DNA from: Convolutriloba macropyga
Taxonomy: Eukaryota
NCBI RefSeq assembly: GCF_964194025.1
Contig: NC_134472.1
Coordinates: 28,210,001-28,274,000, forward strand
Length of the DNA stretch: 64,000 nucleotides
Direction: 5' to 3'
Shown here one piece after another: positions 27,491-40,071 of the stretch. Numbering within the stretch: the stretch's first letter is position 1; each line of letters opens with the position of its first letter. Position numbers and translations under genes: made by a program. The notes under the pieces were generated by a model. It was not told where the DNA came from and searched no databases. It worked only from the letters and a program-made list of their open reading frames with translations.

Positions 27491-27694
27491 ATCCAAACAA
27501 ATGCAAACGGTCTAATGCTAAGTTAGGTTTCAGAAGTTTTCCAATTTTGATTCTGAAAATTACCGTCAAGTATCCCTATTATTGGCTGTTTCAAAAGATT
27601 GAAGGCTTCCTACTTATTTCCATTTAAAAACATCTCAGACATCTTTTATGAAACCAAAAATGGCTTAAGACGAATGCCAATCTTTTATTTAACA

Positions 27695-29230
27695 CGAAGC
27701 CCACCTTATGTCTAACACGATTGCCGATCTTGTCATAAGATTGGGCGTTTAACCGTTGTTGCTTCGCTGGCTGCAGCTTTGGCAAATTTGTGGAAGAAAT
27801 TTATTGACAAATCCTATCAGAAACCATATGAGGGACGAGAGAACAAAGTTCCTGACATGAGAAAACCTTCATTTTTTAACTAACGCGTTACTTTCAGAGG
27901 GAGAGGAGTCGAGTGCTGTTTATGTGAAAAAATTTTTCTTGCGAAATGACAAGGTATTACTGACTCGGAGTATAAAAATATGCAGGAAATTGTACGGATC
28001 TGTTCCTCTTGTGTAGACAAAAAACACACAGGAATCAAAATTATTCAAGGGATATATTGATGACATAGTGTGCATTTATAAGAGGACTCGTCTAGAGTAC
28101 CTTGCATACGCAAATTCTCCTCATAAAAACTTACATTTCATTTTTGAGATACCCAACGGTTATGGAAACCGGGCGCTCCTAGATTTGAACAAAAACGTAA
28201 ATGATGAAAGAAAGATTAGCTTCCATTGGTATTGCAAATCTACTGATACCGGCAAAATTTTAAATCTCCGTTGCTCTTTTTTGTTACAACAAAAAAATGT
28301 GATTCGAGGGTCTGTACATACGATTTTCAATGCATCCACTGATTGGCAATCAATAATTGTAGCTCATAGGATAAACTAAGAGATCAGGACCAAATATCAG
28401 CATCCAATTGCGTGGTCATCAGGTATTGTTAATGAGACGTTGGTTGAAATAGTCACAAAAAAAGGTTACCTCAAAAAAGAACTAAATCTCAAAACAATTA
28501 AAAGTCTCAATAATAGAGCTCCAACCGCTGTTTTTTGTTCAATACAGAAAAACATAACTCAAACTTTTGCGAGTATATGTAAAAAAACTGTGTGACATTC
28601 AAGTCAATTTCACCACGAGAAAACTAGGAACTTGCTCGCCCACCCTGAAATCATCCTTTGATCAAATTTTGAAATTGCATGTGGTATAAAAAATTACATG
28701 TAATGGATGCAAATCCTCATATGTTGGCCAACCCAGCAGACCTGTTATCGATGGAATTTTTGAACATCGAAATAAACTTTCTCTTCCCCTGTGGAACAAC
28801 ACCTCGTTAAATGTTATGGTGCATCTCAAAATATTGAATAGCACCATCTTGATGAATGTCGCGGGGCGGTAAGGTCACGCGCATAACTATATACGCGTGA
28901 CGAGCACCGGGGCGGGAATCGACCTTAGAGTATTAGTTCAAACGGAAAAGTTCAAACAAAGAAAATTCCCGGTAATTTTAAAAACTCCGGAATTAATTTT
29001 GAAAATATTGCGGCGTATTTTATTTAAATAATGTGTAAATGTGACTTTAATTGTAAATAATTTCAAAAAATATGTTTTACTTCAACTCGTTTCGTAGAAT
29101 TCGATAGAGTCAAAGACTAGTACATATACTTCGTAAATAATTTTATTCGATTGAGAATCATTTTTAAGTAAACCGGACGATGAACACAATGTTTGTAATT
29201 GTTCGTTTTTTAAACCAATTTAATTATTAG
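27695..29230 (+). mobile_element. Penelope-like element 3' half: RT (PHD-inserted), GIY-YIG endonuclease, 3' pLTR region; copy 2
   Basis: ASLAAALANLW - GVECCLCEKIFLAK*...ICSSC - LFKGYIDDIV (YIDD at 28053-28064) - WYCKSTDTG - VV*KITCNGCKSSYVGQPSR...EH (28681-28770) - YTRDEHRG. Confidence 0.85.
29170..29210 (+). ncRNA. Degenerate minimal hammerhead ribozyme-like motif
   Basis: AAAC-CGGACGA-TGAACACAATGTTT-GTAA...TC-GTTT, located ~240 nt after the Penelope ORF; core bases mutated. Confidence 0.3.
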
Positions 29231-31360
29231 CAGCACTGCCATAGCTAGGGCTATTATAGGCCTTCTTTTTGGCCAAGCATATGACGTCACAACCACTTCA
29301 ATTCTGCTTTTTGATCATTTTTTCATGCAATTTTAACTGAAGTGCGTGTGTGACGCCATTTTTCACTCCTATTGGAGCGAGTTTTTTGTTCATTCGCTTG
29401 ATTAAGTTTATGTTCACACGTGACTTAATTTACGCTCAAAAATAAGTTCCTCACTTTGAAATTGACTTTACATTAATTCAAAAAGATAAGGTCAAGTGAA
29501 AGTTTGTCACTATTACTTGAGGTTTTCTGAGAGCACCTAATAGAGTCAGCAATAGCTTGCACAGATTCTTATTCAAAATATAATATCATATCCTTTAATG
29601 AAAAAAGTAACTTTTTTGGTCGGTCCTTACTGATTTTGAGGTCTCTATGTACATTCATTTTTATCGAGTGAACCGTTCGTTAGAATTGCTTGCTTGTCAT
29701 CTCTCAAGCCATGAAGTCATGATTTTTGCCCGCCGTCTTAGGGGTTCATTCAACAGATATTTAATGCATCGAATCACAATTTAGTGGAAAGAATACCTGA
29801 GGATGTGTTGTCGGGGCCCAATATTTAGTGTTGCAACCAACTTTAGCTCTGCAATAAAGAAAGTTTATTAAGAAAACTTGTTAAGAAAACTTTTCCCGCG
29901 ATCAAGAAAACTTTTTGTGATAAACTTATTAAATAGGTCTGGAATGTAAATCAAATGGTATTTTTTCAGATCACTTGAGCTAGGGTACACTGATAAATTA
30001 TTACTTGTCAATTTATACGAAGCCTCAGATGGGTTTCAATGGTATCTGACTTTTCCAGAGCCCCGTATGTCCCTAGCTTAGACGCGTGAAGCCGGACACC
30101 CATGAGAAACCACAGATTCAAGTCATCATCCACAAAGAAACTCTTCATTGTAGTTTCACAAACCAGAGACTTACAATTCTCCAATTTCAACGTTCTTTCG
30201 TTGCCTGGAGCTGTAATCAAACACGTTAAAAACTTCCTGTCTCCAAAGAACAAGTATGACTTAATAGGGTTATTATTGGTGGCAACGTTCTTTTTAACGG
30301 AGTAGAACATTCATATAAGAAACCCAAGAAAGTCGCATCTAGTTTGAAGAGTCTTTGTAAACGCGGGTACGTCATTGTCATCTCAGTCTGCGGAGATTCC
30401 TTCCATAATAAGTGGCAAGTAAGAGCAATAAACTAATTCATCGAAACGAAAATCAAAGGCACTTTACTGCAATACACAAATAAAATTGCGAGTATCATTT
30501 GAGAGACGACTCGGTCCATATAGCGAAGATGTCATTGTGCAGTATCTGTTCACTTCTGAAAAACAAAATTCTGCACAATTATTTCTCAGTATCAATCGAT
30601 CGACGCGGTCATCTTGCTGAAAATGAGTGCTCTGGACTGTGTTTTTGTAGCTGCTTCACCCATTAAGTCAGTAGTGGTAGTTGTTCTTGTCTTTAATACG
30701 AAGCAAAGAGTATTTTCAAGTAATATCAGTTATTTTAAGCTCAATACGTTGCCGCATATCTGTATCACTTGAGCATTTACAAGCAGATCGAAGGCCAATA
30801 CTTTATAATTTTTGCCTCCAATCTCATTGTAAAGTCCGAATAGCCACAAGTAACCACAGGTGAAAACTAAAATGACTAGAGACAGTTGTGCCATGTGCAA
30901 GTTGCGAGTAAAAACAGACTGAAAATATGTATGCTCTATCTGTAACAAAACGCAGCACTTAACTGTGGAACGTACTGAGTTAAGTTAATAAGAAATGTGT
31001 CGATGTTCTGGTAAAACTCAAAAATGATTTCATCCACATCTGCAATAATTGTAAACCAAAACTGCAAGATGTTTTGGACAAAATAGAATAGAAAAATGAA
31101 AGTCTAAATTGAAAAAAAAAATAAATCCATTTCAAGAAAAAAGCAATGCTGAATTGAAAAAAAAACTTCAAGAGCAAATGAAATCACTTACTGAGGAAAT
31201 TGAAAAGTCAAATATTATTTTGACAAATTGACATACGAAAATGAAAACGGTAAAAGAGGATACACAAACATACAAACAATCGCTTGCTGTGGTAGAACCT
31301 GAAACATTGGTGTCAATTCCTGATGAAATTGTATTGGGAATATGCATTAGAGTTATCCAC
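29230..31360 (+). mobile_element. 5' half of CR1-group LINE (5' region, SGNH esterase ORF, start of PHD ORF1), decayed copy
   Basis: Homologous to 36910-39120; retains IGGN (30275) and HLRDDSVHI (~30500); MTRDSCAMC PHD start at ~30872. Confidence 0.7.
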
Positions 31361-32545
31361 GAATCATTCCAGTATCACACCGTAGTCTTCGAAAACATAG
31401 GTGAGTCGGCAGTTAGAAAAGCAGGTTGGAAGACACAAGACAGCCAAGGACCGTCCGGTTTAGACGCCACAATAGAGACGATTTTTCACTTGCTTTAAGG
31501 ATTTTTCAGCAATCATAGCGGGAACAGTAGCTAAAAATGCTATTCGTCTGGCAAATGAAAAAGTAACTGAAAAATCTCTGGAACCATACAACGCATGTTG
31601 ACTAATCCCCGTAGACAAAAACCCCGGTTTACGACCTATCTCCGTAGACCAAAACCCCGGTTTACGAGGCAATAGAAAATGAGTACTATGTAAATTGGTA
31701 AATTGCAAAACCAAAGAAATGGTGACCCGCCCTTCCTATCCCCGATTCTCAGAAGTAAGTAGTCTGCCTAATACAATTTTGGTTGACCTAAATTTCCGGG
31801 GAATAAGTTCGTTTGTCAACTGGAACTCTCCATTTTTTCGCATAACTTTTTTCAATTATTATTGTCAAAATTTAGCGGTTGAAGGAGTGTTTAAATGAAC
31901 TAAATTGATATCCACAACAAAAATTTGTAGGCAGAACAAAAATTGTTGCCGGCTGCCCTGCTCTAGGATATGTAATGGCAAATGAGAAGACCTATGAATC
32001 CTATAATATAACCACAGCTGAAACTATGCTAATTTGTTTAAAAAAATAGGTCAAGTGGCAAAAACATCCCCTCAGAACGCTGACGCATCCCTAACAGTGT
32101 GCGCGCAACAAAAAAAAATTTGTTTATGGAATTTTCCAAACACGCAACGAGCACAATATCTACACAGACGTGGAAGCCAACATTCAAACCCACAAACTAT
32201 TGTCGTCCTTCGACCATCCAATGTCTCAAACTGCATCAAAATTGTGTTCGCTTCGCAGCCGGGAAGGCGGACTTAACACCAATGAGCCCATAGATTAGGA
32301 AACGGAGTACGCCGAATCGCTGACCTCATGTGCTCTTCTTGAAGATGGGCAATTGCTCCGCTAATCCTAGAACTCATAACGCACGACCAACCAACCACAC
32401 ACCTCAATGAAATTGGCTCGCGAAAGAAGGATCTTATGGAAAAACTTCAGACCGAGCAACGCCACATATAAGAATTGGCTTCGTAAAAAGGAGCCTCGAA
32501 CAAGCTCACCGCTCTACAATTTACACGATATGGTTTCGTGCTAAC

Positions 32546-33108
32546 TTTTTGAGGGAAAGGAGTCGAGTGCGGATCATGTAAAAACTTGTTTCTTGCATAA
32601 TGACATAGTATCAATGACACGGAGATTAAAAATATGCAGGAAATTGTACGAATCTGCTCCTATTGTGTAGAACAAACGAACCGGAACTAAAATTATTCAA
32701 GAGGTGTATTAAAGACAAAGTGTGAATTGTTAAGAGGAATGGTCTAGAGTTCCTTGAGTACGCAAATTCTCCTCTCAACAACTTACATTTCATTATTGAG
32801 ATACCAAACGGTGATGGAAACGAGGCGTTCCTGAAAATAACCGAAATGATGATATAAAAATTAGCTTCCATTGGTATTGAAAAACTACTGGTACCGTATT
32901 AATTCTAAAACTCTGTAACTCTTTTTTGTTACAACAAAAGAAAAATGTGATTCATGGGACTGTAAATACAATTTTCAATGCATCCAGTTATTGGCAATCA
33001 TTTTTTGTAGCTGACAGGATAAATTAAGAGATCTGGACCAAATGTCTGCATCCAACTGAGTGGTCTTCCAGTATTGTTAATGAGACGTTGGATGAAATAA
33101 TCAGAAAA
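32546..33108 (+). mobile_element. Penelope-like RT fragment with PHD, copy 3
   Basis: Duplicate of 26420-26980. Confidence 0.75.
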
Positions 33109-33821
33109 CAACGCATAATCACGACCAACGAACCGCACACCTCAATGATTTTGGCTCGTGGAAGAAGGATTTTATGGAAAAACTTCAGACCGAGCAACGC
33201 CACGTAGGAGAAGTGGCATCGTAAATAGGAGCCTCGAACAAACTCAACGCTCTACAATCTACACGATAAGGTTTCTCCCTAACAAAGTCAGAATATAGAG
33301 AATGGTTTTACTATAGATACCTTATCGAGGCCAAAAAAGACCCATTGGTTTTCCTTGTGATAAAATTTTACCTATCGCATACTCTCCACTGTGCGAAGGG
33401 TTGGCATACACACATGAGACATAATGGGATCTATGATACCTTTGCTAAAGTTATGCATAACTTTTGATAGGATGTCGAGGTTGAGCCAACGCTCGAGTTT
33501 CCTCAAAGCGAGTCTTTTATACACAAAATTACTAGCACTGATAAAGACGCGCCACTAGTGAGTATTAAAGCAAATGATCTGTGGGGGTCCATGTTCAGCC
33601 GTTACTTCTTCAACGTGATCCAAACAAATGCAAACGGTCTAATGCTAAGTTAGGTTTCAGAAGTTTTCCAATTTTGATTCTGAAAATTACCGTCAAGTAT
33701 CCCTATTATTGGTTGTTTCAAAAGATTGAAGGCTTCCTACTTATTTCCATTTAAAAACATCTCAGACATCTTTTATGAAACCAAAAATGGCTTAAGACGA
33801 ATGCCAATCTTTTATTTAACA

Positions 33822-34807
33822 CGAAGCCCACCTTATGTCTAACACGATTGCCGATCTTGTCATAAGATTGGGCGTTTAACCGTTGTTGATTCGCTGGCTG
33901 CAGTTTTGGCAAATTTGTGGAAGAAATTTATTGACAAATCCTATCAGAAACCATATGAGGGACGAGAGAACAAAGTTCCTGACATGAGAAAACCTTCATT
34001 TTTTAACTAACGCGTTACTTTCAGAGGGAGAGGAGTCGAGTGCGGTTTATGTGAAAAAATTTTTCTTGCGAAATGACAAGGTATTACTGACTCGGAGTAT
34101 AAAAATATGCAGGAAATTGTACGGATCTGTTCCTCTTGTGTAGACAAAAAACACACAGGAATCAAAATTATTCAAGGGATATATTGATGACATAGTGTGC
34201 ATTTATAAGAGGACTCGTCTAGAGTACCTTGCATACGCAAATTCTCCTCATAAAAACTTACATTTCATTTTTGAGATACCCAACGGTTATGGAAACCGGG
34301 CGCTCCTAGATTTGAACAAAAACGTAAATGATGAAAGAAAAATTAGCTTCCATTGGTATTGCAAATCTACTGATACCGGCAAAATTTTAAATCTCCGTTG
34401 CTCTTTTTTGTTACAACAAAAAAATGTGATTCGAGGGGCTGTACATACGATTTTCAATGCATCCACTGATTGGCAATCAATAATTGTAGCTCATAGGATA
34501 AACTAAGAGATCAGGACCAAATATCAGCATCCAACTGCGTGGTCATCAGGTATTGTTAATGAGACGTTGGTTGAAATAGTCACAAAAAAAGGTTACCTCA
34601 AAAAAGAACTAAATCTCAAAACAATTAAAAGTCTCAATAATAGAGCTCCAACCGCTGTTTTTTGTTCAATACAGAAAAACATAACTCAAACTTTTGCGAG
34701 TATATGGAAAAAAACTGTGTGACATTCAAGTCAATTTCACCACGAGAAAACTAGGAACTTGCTCGCCCACCCTGAAATCATCCTTTGATCAAATTTTGAA
34801 ATTGCAT
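33822..34807 (+). mobile_element. Penelope-like RT fragment with PHD, copy 4 (GIY-YIG deleted)
   Basis: Duplicate of 27695-28680; YIDD retained. Confidence 0.8.
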
Positions 34808-36822
34808 TAACTTTTTTGGTCGGTCCTTACTGCTTTTTGAGGTCTCTATGTACATTCATTTTTATCGAGTGAACCGTTCGTTAGAATTGCTTGCTTGTCA
34901 TCTCTCAAGCCATGAAGTCATGATTTTTGCCCGCCGTCTTAGGGGTTCATTCAACAGATAATTAATGCATCGAATCACAATTTAGTGAAAAGAATGCCTG
35001 AGGATGTGTTGTCTGGGCCCAATATTTAGTGTTGCAACCAACTTTAGCTCTGCAATAAAGAAAGTTTATTAAGAAAACTTGTTAAGAAAACTTTTCCCGC
35101 GATCGAGAAAACTTTTTGTGAAAAACTTATTAAATAGGTCTGGAATGTAAATCAAATGGTATTTTTTCAGATCACTTGAGCTAGGGTACACTGATAAATT
35201 ATTACTTGTCAATTTATACGAAGCCTCAGATGGGTTTCAATGGTATCTGACTTTTCCAGAGCCCCGTATGTCCCTAGCTCAGACGCGTGAAGCCGGACAC
35301 CCATGAGATACCACAGATTCAAGTCATCATCCACAAAGAAACTCTTCATTGTAGTTTCACAAACCAGAGACTTACAATTCTCCAATTTCAACATTCTTTC
35401 GTTGCCTGGAGCTGTAATCAAACACGTTAAAAACTTCCTGTCTCCAAAGAACAAGTATGACTTAATAGGGTTATTATTGGTGGCAACGTTCTTTTTAACG
35501 GAGTAGAACATTCATATAAGAAACCTAAGAAAGTCGTATCTAGTTTGAAGAGTCTTTGTAAACGCGGGTACATCATTGTCATCTCAGTCTGCGGAGATTC
35601 CTTCCATAATAAGTGGCAAGTAAGAGCAATAAACTAATTCATCGAAACGAAAATCAAAGGCGCTTTACTGCAATACACAAATAAAATTGCGAGTATCATT
35701 TGAGAGACGACTCGGTCCATATAGCGAAAATGTCATTGTGCAGTATCTGTTCACTTCTGAAAAACAAAATTCTGCACAATTATTTCTCAGTATCAATCGA
35801 TCGACGCGGTCATCTTGCTGAAAATGAGTGCTCTGGACTGTGTTTTTGTAGCTGCTTCACCAATTAAGTCAGTAGTGGTAGTTGTTTTTGTCTTTAATAC
35901 GAAGCAAAGAGTATTTTCAAGTAATATCAGTTATTTTAAGCTCAATACGGTGCCGCATATCTGTATCACTTGAGCATTTACAAGCAGATCGAAGGCCAAT
36001 ACTTTATAATTTTTGCCTCCAATCTCATTGTAAAGTCCGAATAGCCACATGTAACCACAGGTGAAAACTGAAATGACTAGAGACAGTTGTGCCATGTGCA
36101 AGTTGCGAGTAAAAACAGACTGAAAATATGTATGCTCTATCTGTAACAAAACGCAGCACTTAACTGTGGAACGTACTGAGTTAAGTTAATAAGAAATGTG
36201 TTGATGTTCTGGTAAAACTCAAAAATGATGTCATCCACATCTGCAATAATTGTAAACCAAAACTGCAAGATTTTTTGACAAAATAGAATAGAAAAATGAA
36301 AGACTAAATTGGAAAAAAAATAAATTCATTTCAAGAAAAAAGCAATGCTGAATTGAAAGAAAACTTCAAGAGCAAATGAAATCACTTACTGAGGAAATTG
36401 AAAAGTCAAATATTATTTTGACAAATTGACATACGAAAATGAAAACGGTAAAAGAGGATACACAAACATACAAACAATCGCTTGGTCTGGTAGAACCTGA
36501 AACATTGGTGTCAATTCCTGATGAAATTGCATTGGGAATATGCATTAGAGTTATCCACGAAAAAAGAAACTGTCTCCGCTAGTCGCAAGCTACACGCTGA
36601 CATTGCTGAGGTTGAGACTTTTCTCCAATTTTTGAAAATAGGGGACAGAAACTTCTCAGAGTACAGAGGCTTGAAAAGTACGATCGTAACAAAACTTTTC
36701 CGCGACCTTTTTTCAATATTATTGAATATCCTTTTTACTGAAAGGCCGTAATCTCATCCTGCGAGCTGTCTCTAAGTCGAAAAGCTACAACAGGTTCGAG
36801 AAAACAACCATTATAAGCCCAG
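34808..36822 (+). mobile_element. 5' half of the esterase-bearing CR1-group LINE, duplicate copy
   Basis: Duplicate of 29610-31360, extending further into ORF1. Confidence 0.7.
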
Positions 36823-36875
36823 GTATAACAAAAATTTTGTAAACAGATCTATTCAATTGTGAATTTTTTTGAAGT

Positions 36876-36915
36876 AAACCTGACGATGAACGCAATGTTT
36901 GAAATGGTATCTTTT
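36876..36915 (+). ncRNA. Minimal (type I-like) hammerhead ribozyme motif, probably decayed
   Basis: AAAC-CTGACGA-T-GAAC-GCAAT-GTTT-GAAA-TGGTA-TC: CUGANGA core, stem II and GAAA core; homologous to the Penelope 3' region at 29170. Confidence 0.45.
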
Positions 36916-37837
36916 TTAAATCAATTTAATTAATAGCCTCACTGCGATAGCTAGGGTTATTATTGGCCTTCTCTTGGCTGATCATATGACGTCACAACTA
37001 CTTCAAATGTGCTTTTTCTTTGCTTCGTTTGATTAAAAAATTTTGACTGAAGTGCGTGTGTGACGACATTTTTAACTCTTATTAGAGCCAGTATTTGTTC
37101 AATCGAATGATTAAGTTCTTTTTCACACGTGACTTACCTCACTCTCAAAAATAAGTTCTTCATATTGAAATTGACTTTACTTAAATTCAAAAAGATAAGG
37201 TCAAGTGAATGTGTGTCACTCTTACTGGAAGTTGTTTGAGAGCAGCTAATAGAGTCAGCAGTAGCTTGCACAGATTACTAATCAAAATATAACGTTTCAT
37301 TATTATTGGCAAAAGTTTTTTTTGGTCTGTCTGTACTGTTTTTTGAGACTGCAGATCTCAAAAAACTGGTCCTAAACCTCTCTGTACATTCAATTTATCG
37401 ATTGATTCTCTTCGTTAGATTTGCTTGCTTGTCACCTCTCAACCTAAGGTGTCAAGATTTTTTGCCGCAGTCTTAGGTTTTCATTCATCAGATTTTTAGT
37501 GTATCAAATCCCAATTTTGTGAAAAGAGTAGCTGAGAATGTGTTGTCTCGACTAATTATTTAGTATTGCGACCAACTTTAGCTTTGCAATCATGAAATTT
37601 TATGAAGAAAACTTATTAAGAAAACTTTTCCCGCGATCAAGAAAACTTTGTGTTATAAACTTTTTAAATAGGTCTCGAATGTAAATCAAATTGTATTTTT
37701 TCAGATCCCTTGAGCTAGGGTACACTGACACATTATTACTTGTCAAATTATACGAAGCCTAAGATAGGATTCACTTGTATCTGACTTTTCCGCAGCCCCG
37801 TCTGTCCCTAGCTTAGGCGAGTGAAGCCGTCACACCC

Positions 37838-38320
37838 ATGAGATATCACAGATTCAAGTCATCATCCGCAGAGAACCTCCTCATTGCTGTTTCACAAGCA
37901 AGAGACTTAGAATTCTCCAACTTCAACATTCTTTCATTACCTGGAGCTGTGATCAAACACGTTGACAACTTCCTGCCTCCAAAGAACAAATACGACTTAA
38001 TAGCCTTATTCATTGGTGACAGCGTTCTTTTAAACGGAGAACATTCATTAAAAGAACCAAAGGAAGTTGCTGATTTACTTATAATCTCAGCTTTTAGTTT
38101 GAAGAGTCTCTGTAAACGCTGTTACAGCATTGGCATCTCAATCCGTGGCGATTCAATTCATAATAAGCGGCAAGTAAGAGCAATAAACAAATTCATCGAA
38201 AAGAAAATCAAAGGCACTGGGTTGCAATACAGAAGAGTTTGCCACAAAATTTATTGCGAGTATCTTTTGTGTAACGTCTTGGTCCATATCGCGAAAGAAT
38301 TGTCGGGCAGTTTGTGTTAG
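37838..38320 (+). CDS. Retrotransposon-encoded SGNH/GDSL esterase-like ORF (open but degenerate)
   Basis: Block I LLIA(V)SQAR, block II LSLPGA, block III FIGDS (IGGN in sister copies), block V LVHI (DDSVHI in sister copies). Confidence 0.7.
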   Translation: MRYHRFKSSSAENLLIAVSQARDLEFSNFNILSLPGAVIKHVDNFLPPKNKYDLIALFIGDSVLLNGEHSLKEPKEVADLLIISAFSLKSLCKRCYSIGISIRGDSIHNKRQVRAINKFIEKKIKGTGLQYRRVCHKIYCEYLLCNVLVHIAKELSGSLC

Positions 38321-38633
38321 GTCCAGAAAAAAATTTCTGCATATTTATTTCTCAGGATCAATTGATCGACGTGGTCATATTGTTGAAATGGTGTGCTCTG
38401 GACGGTGTTCTTGTGGCTGCTTTACAACTTAAGTCAGTAGTAGTAGTTTTTGTATGTGGTACGAAATCAATATTGGTTTGCGCTTAAAATTTTTTTTTCA
38501 GCTCAATACGGTGCCGCATATCTTTATCACTTGGGCATTTAAAAGCAGTTCGAAGGCCAATATTTCATAATTTTTGCCTCAAATCTGATTGTAAAGTCCA
38601 AATAGCCACAAATACTCGCAGGTGAAAACTGAA

Positions 38634-39520
38634 ATGACTAGAGACAGTTGTGCCAGGTGCACGTCGCGAGAAAAAAACAGACATCAAGTTCTTATGATGT
38701 ATCTGTAACAAAACGCTGCACTTAACAGTGGAGTGTACTGAGTTTGGTAAGAAATGTAATCATGTCCTAGTAAAATTCAAATATAGTATCAATACATCTG
38801 CAACAATCGTAAAACGAAACAGCAATATTTTATACAAAATGGTATCAAAAAATGAAAACCTGAATTGGAAAAAAACTAAAAAACTAAATTCATTTCAAGA
38901 AAAACCAATGAGGAATTGGAAAAGCTTCAAGTGCAAAAGAAATTGCTTGCTGAGAAAAATGAAAAATCATATAATAATTTGGCTAATGTACAAACGGAAG
39001 TGAAAACGGTAAAAGAAGACACAAAAACATACACACCATTGCTTGGTGCGGTAAAACTGGAACATCGGTATCAGTTCCTGAGAAATTTGTTTTGGTAGTA
39101 TGCATTAGAGGTATCCCAAAAAAGCAGAAACTGCCTTCGCTGGTGACAGGCTACACGCTGACATTGCTGAGGTTGACGCTCTAATTCGATTTTTGATTAT
39201 AGAGGACAGATAACTTGTCAAACACAGAGGCTTGGAGAGCACGATCATAACAAAGCTTTTCCGGAAACTTTGTTGATTAATACTGAAAATCCTTTTTACT
39301 GAACAGACGTGATCTCATCCTACGAGCTGCCTTTATGTCAAAAGGCTACAACGGGTACAAGAACGCGGTCTTGATAAGCCCAGAGCTCAAAAGCACGGAA
39401 GCAAAAAAAGCAAAACAAAAGTCTCGAAAAGCCAAGAGTTAATAAAGAGCTCTGAAAGCAAAGTAACCTCCAAAGAGATAAGAGTTCGTAATCTTACTCT
39501 AGAGGTGTTTGAAAAGAAAT
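38634..39520 (+). pseudogene. LINE ORF1 (PHD finger + coiled coil), disabled
   Basis: MTRDSCARC...ICNKTLHLTVEC...ICNN, followed by coiled coil and a CIRGIP...LILRAA...ISPEL ORF1 C-terminal region. Confidence 0.7.
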
Positions 39521-40071
39521 TGTGACTCCTCTTCAAAAAAATTTTCATTTATGAAATTGGGAATTATTCAAGCCGCTCAGAATATGGTCTAAACGGATTT
39601 TAACAAACAACAATCTCAATCTTAATTTTCAACGCTAGAAGTCTCCTTGATTTAAATAGAAGAACCAAGTTTGCTTATGGTGTCAACACTTATGATTTTG
39701 ATCTCAACAGTATAACTGAGACTTGGCTAGCGCAAGATATACCGTCGTCAGCACTTTTTCTTCATAATTACTTGATTTAGAAACGATTGAAATTTTTCTG
39801 AAGACCGAAAAATTGAACATGGTGGTGTTCTCATCGCCGTCAAATTGAACATTCCTCACCAATATATAGAGTTAAGAAATAAAAAACCGGACTTCCTTAG
39901 CATAAAATTTGTGACAATAACAGGATAAGATATCGTTATATGCAAAATATACAACGCACCGCACTCTAGCCCTATCATTGGAAATGAAATTAAATGTAGC
40001 AGCTCCTTCTTTTAGTTCATGATTTAGCAGTTGAAAACCGTTGTGATGATAACGGTTGGCATAAATTTTTC

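Larger units (their letters stand above)
31361..36558 (+). repeat. Segmental duplicate of ~24067-31360 with three internal deletions
   Basis: ORF pairs 25168/32034, 28068/34195, 30008/35209 and 30681/35882; deletion junctions at ~31735, ~32545 and ~34807. Confidence 0.9.
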
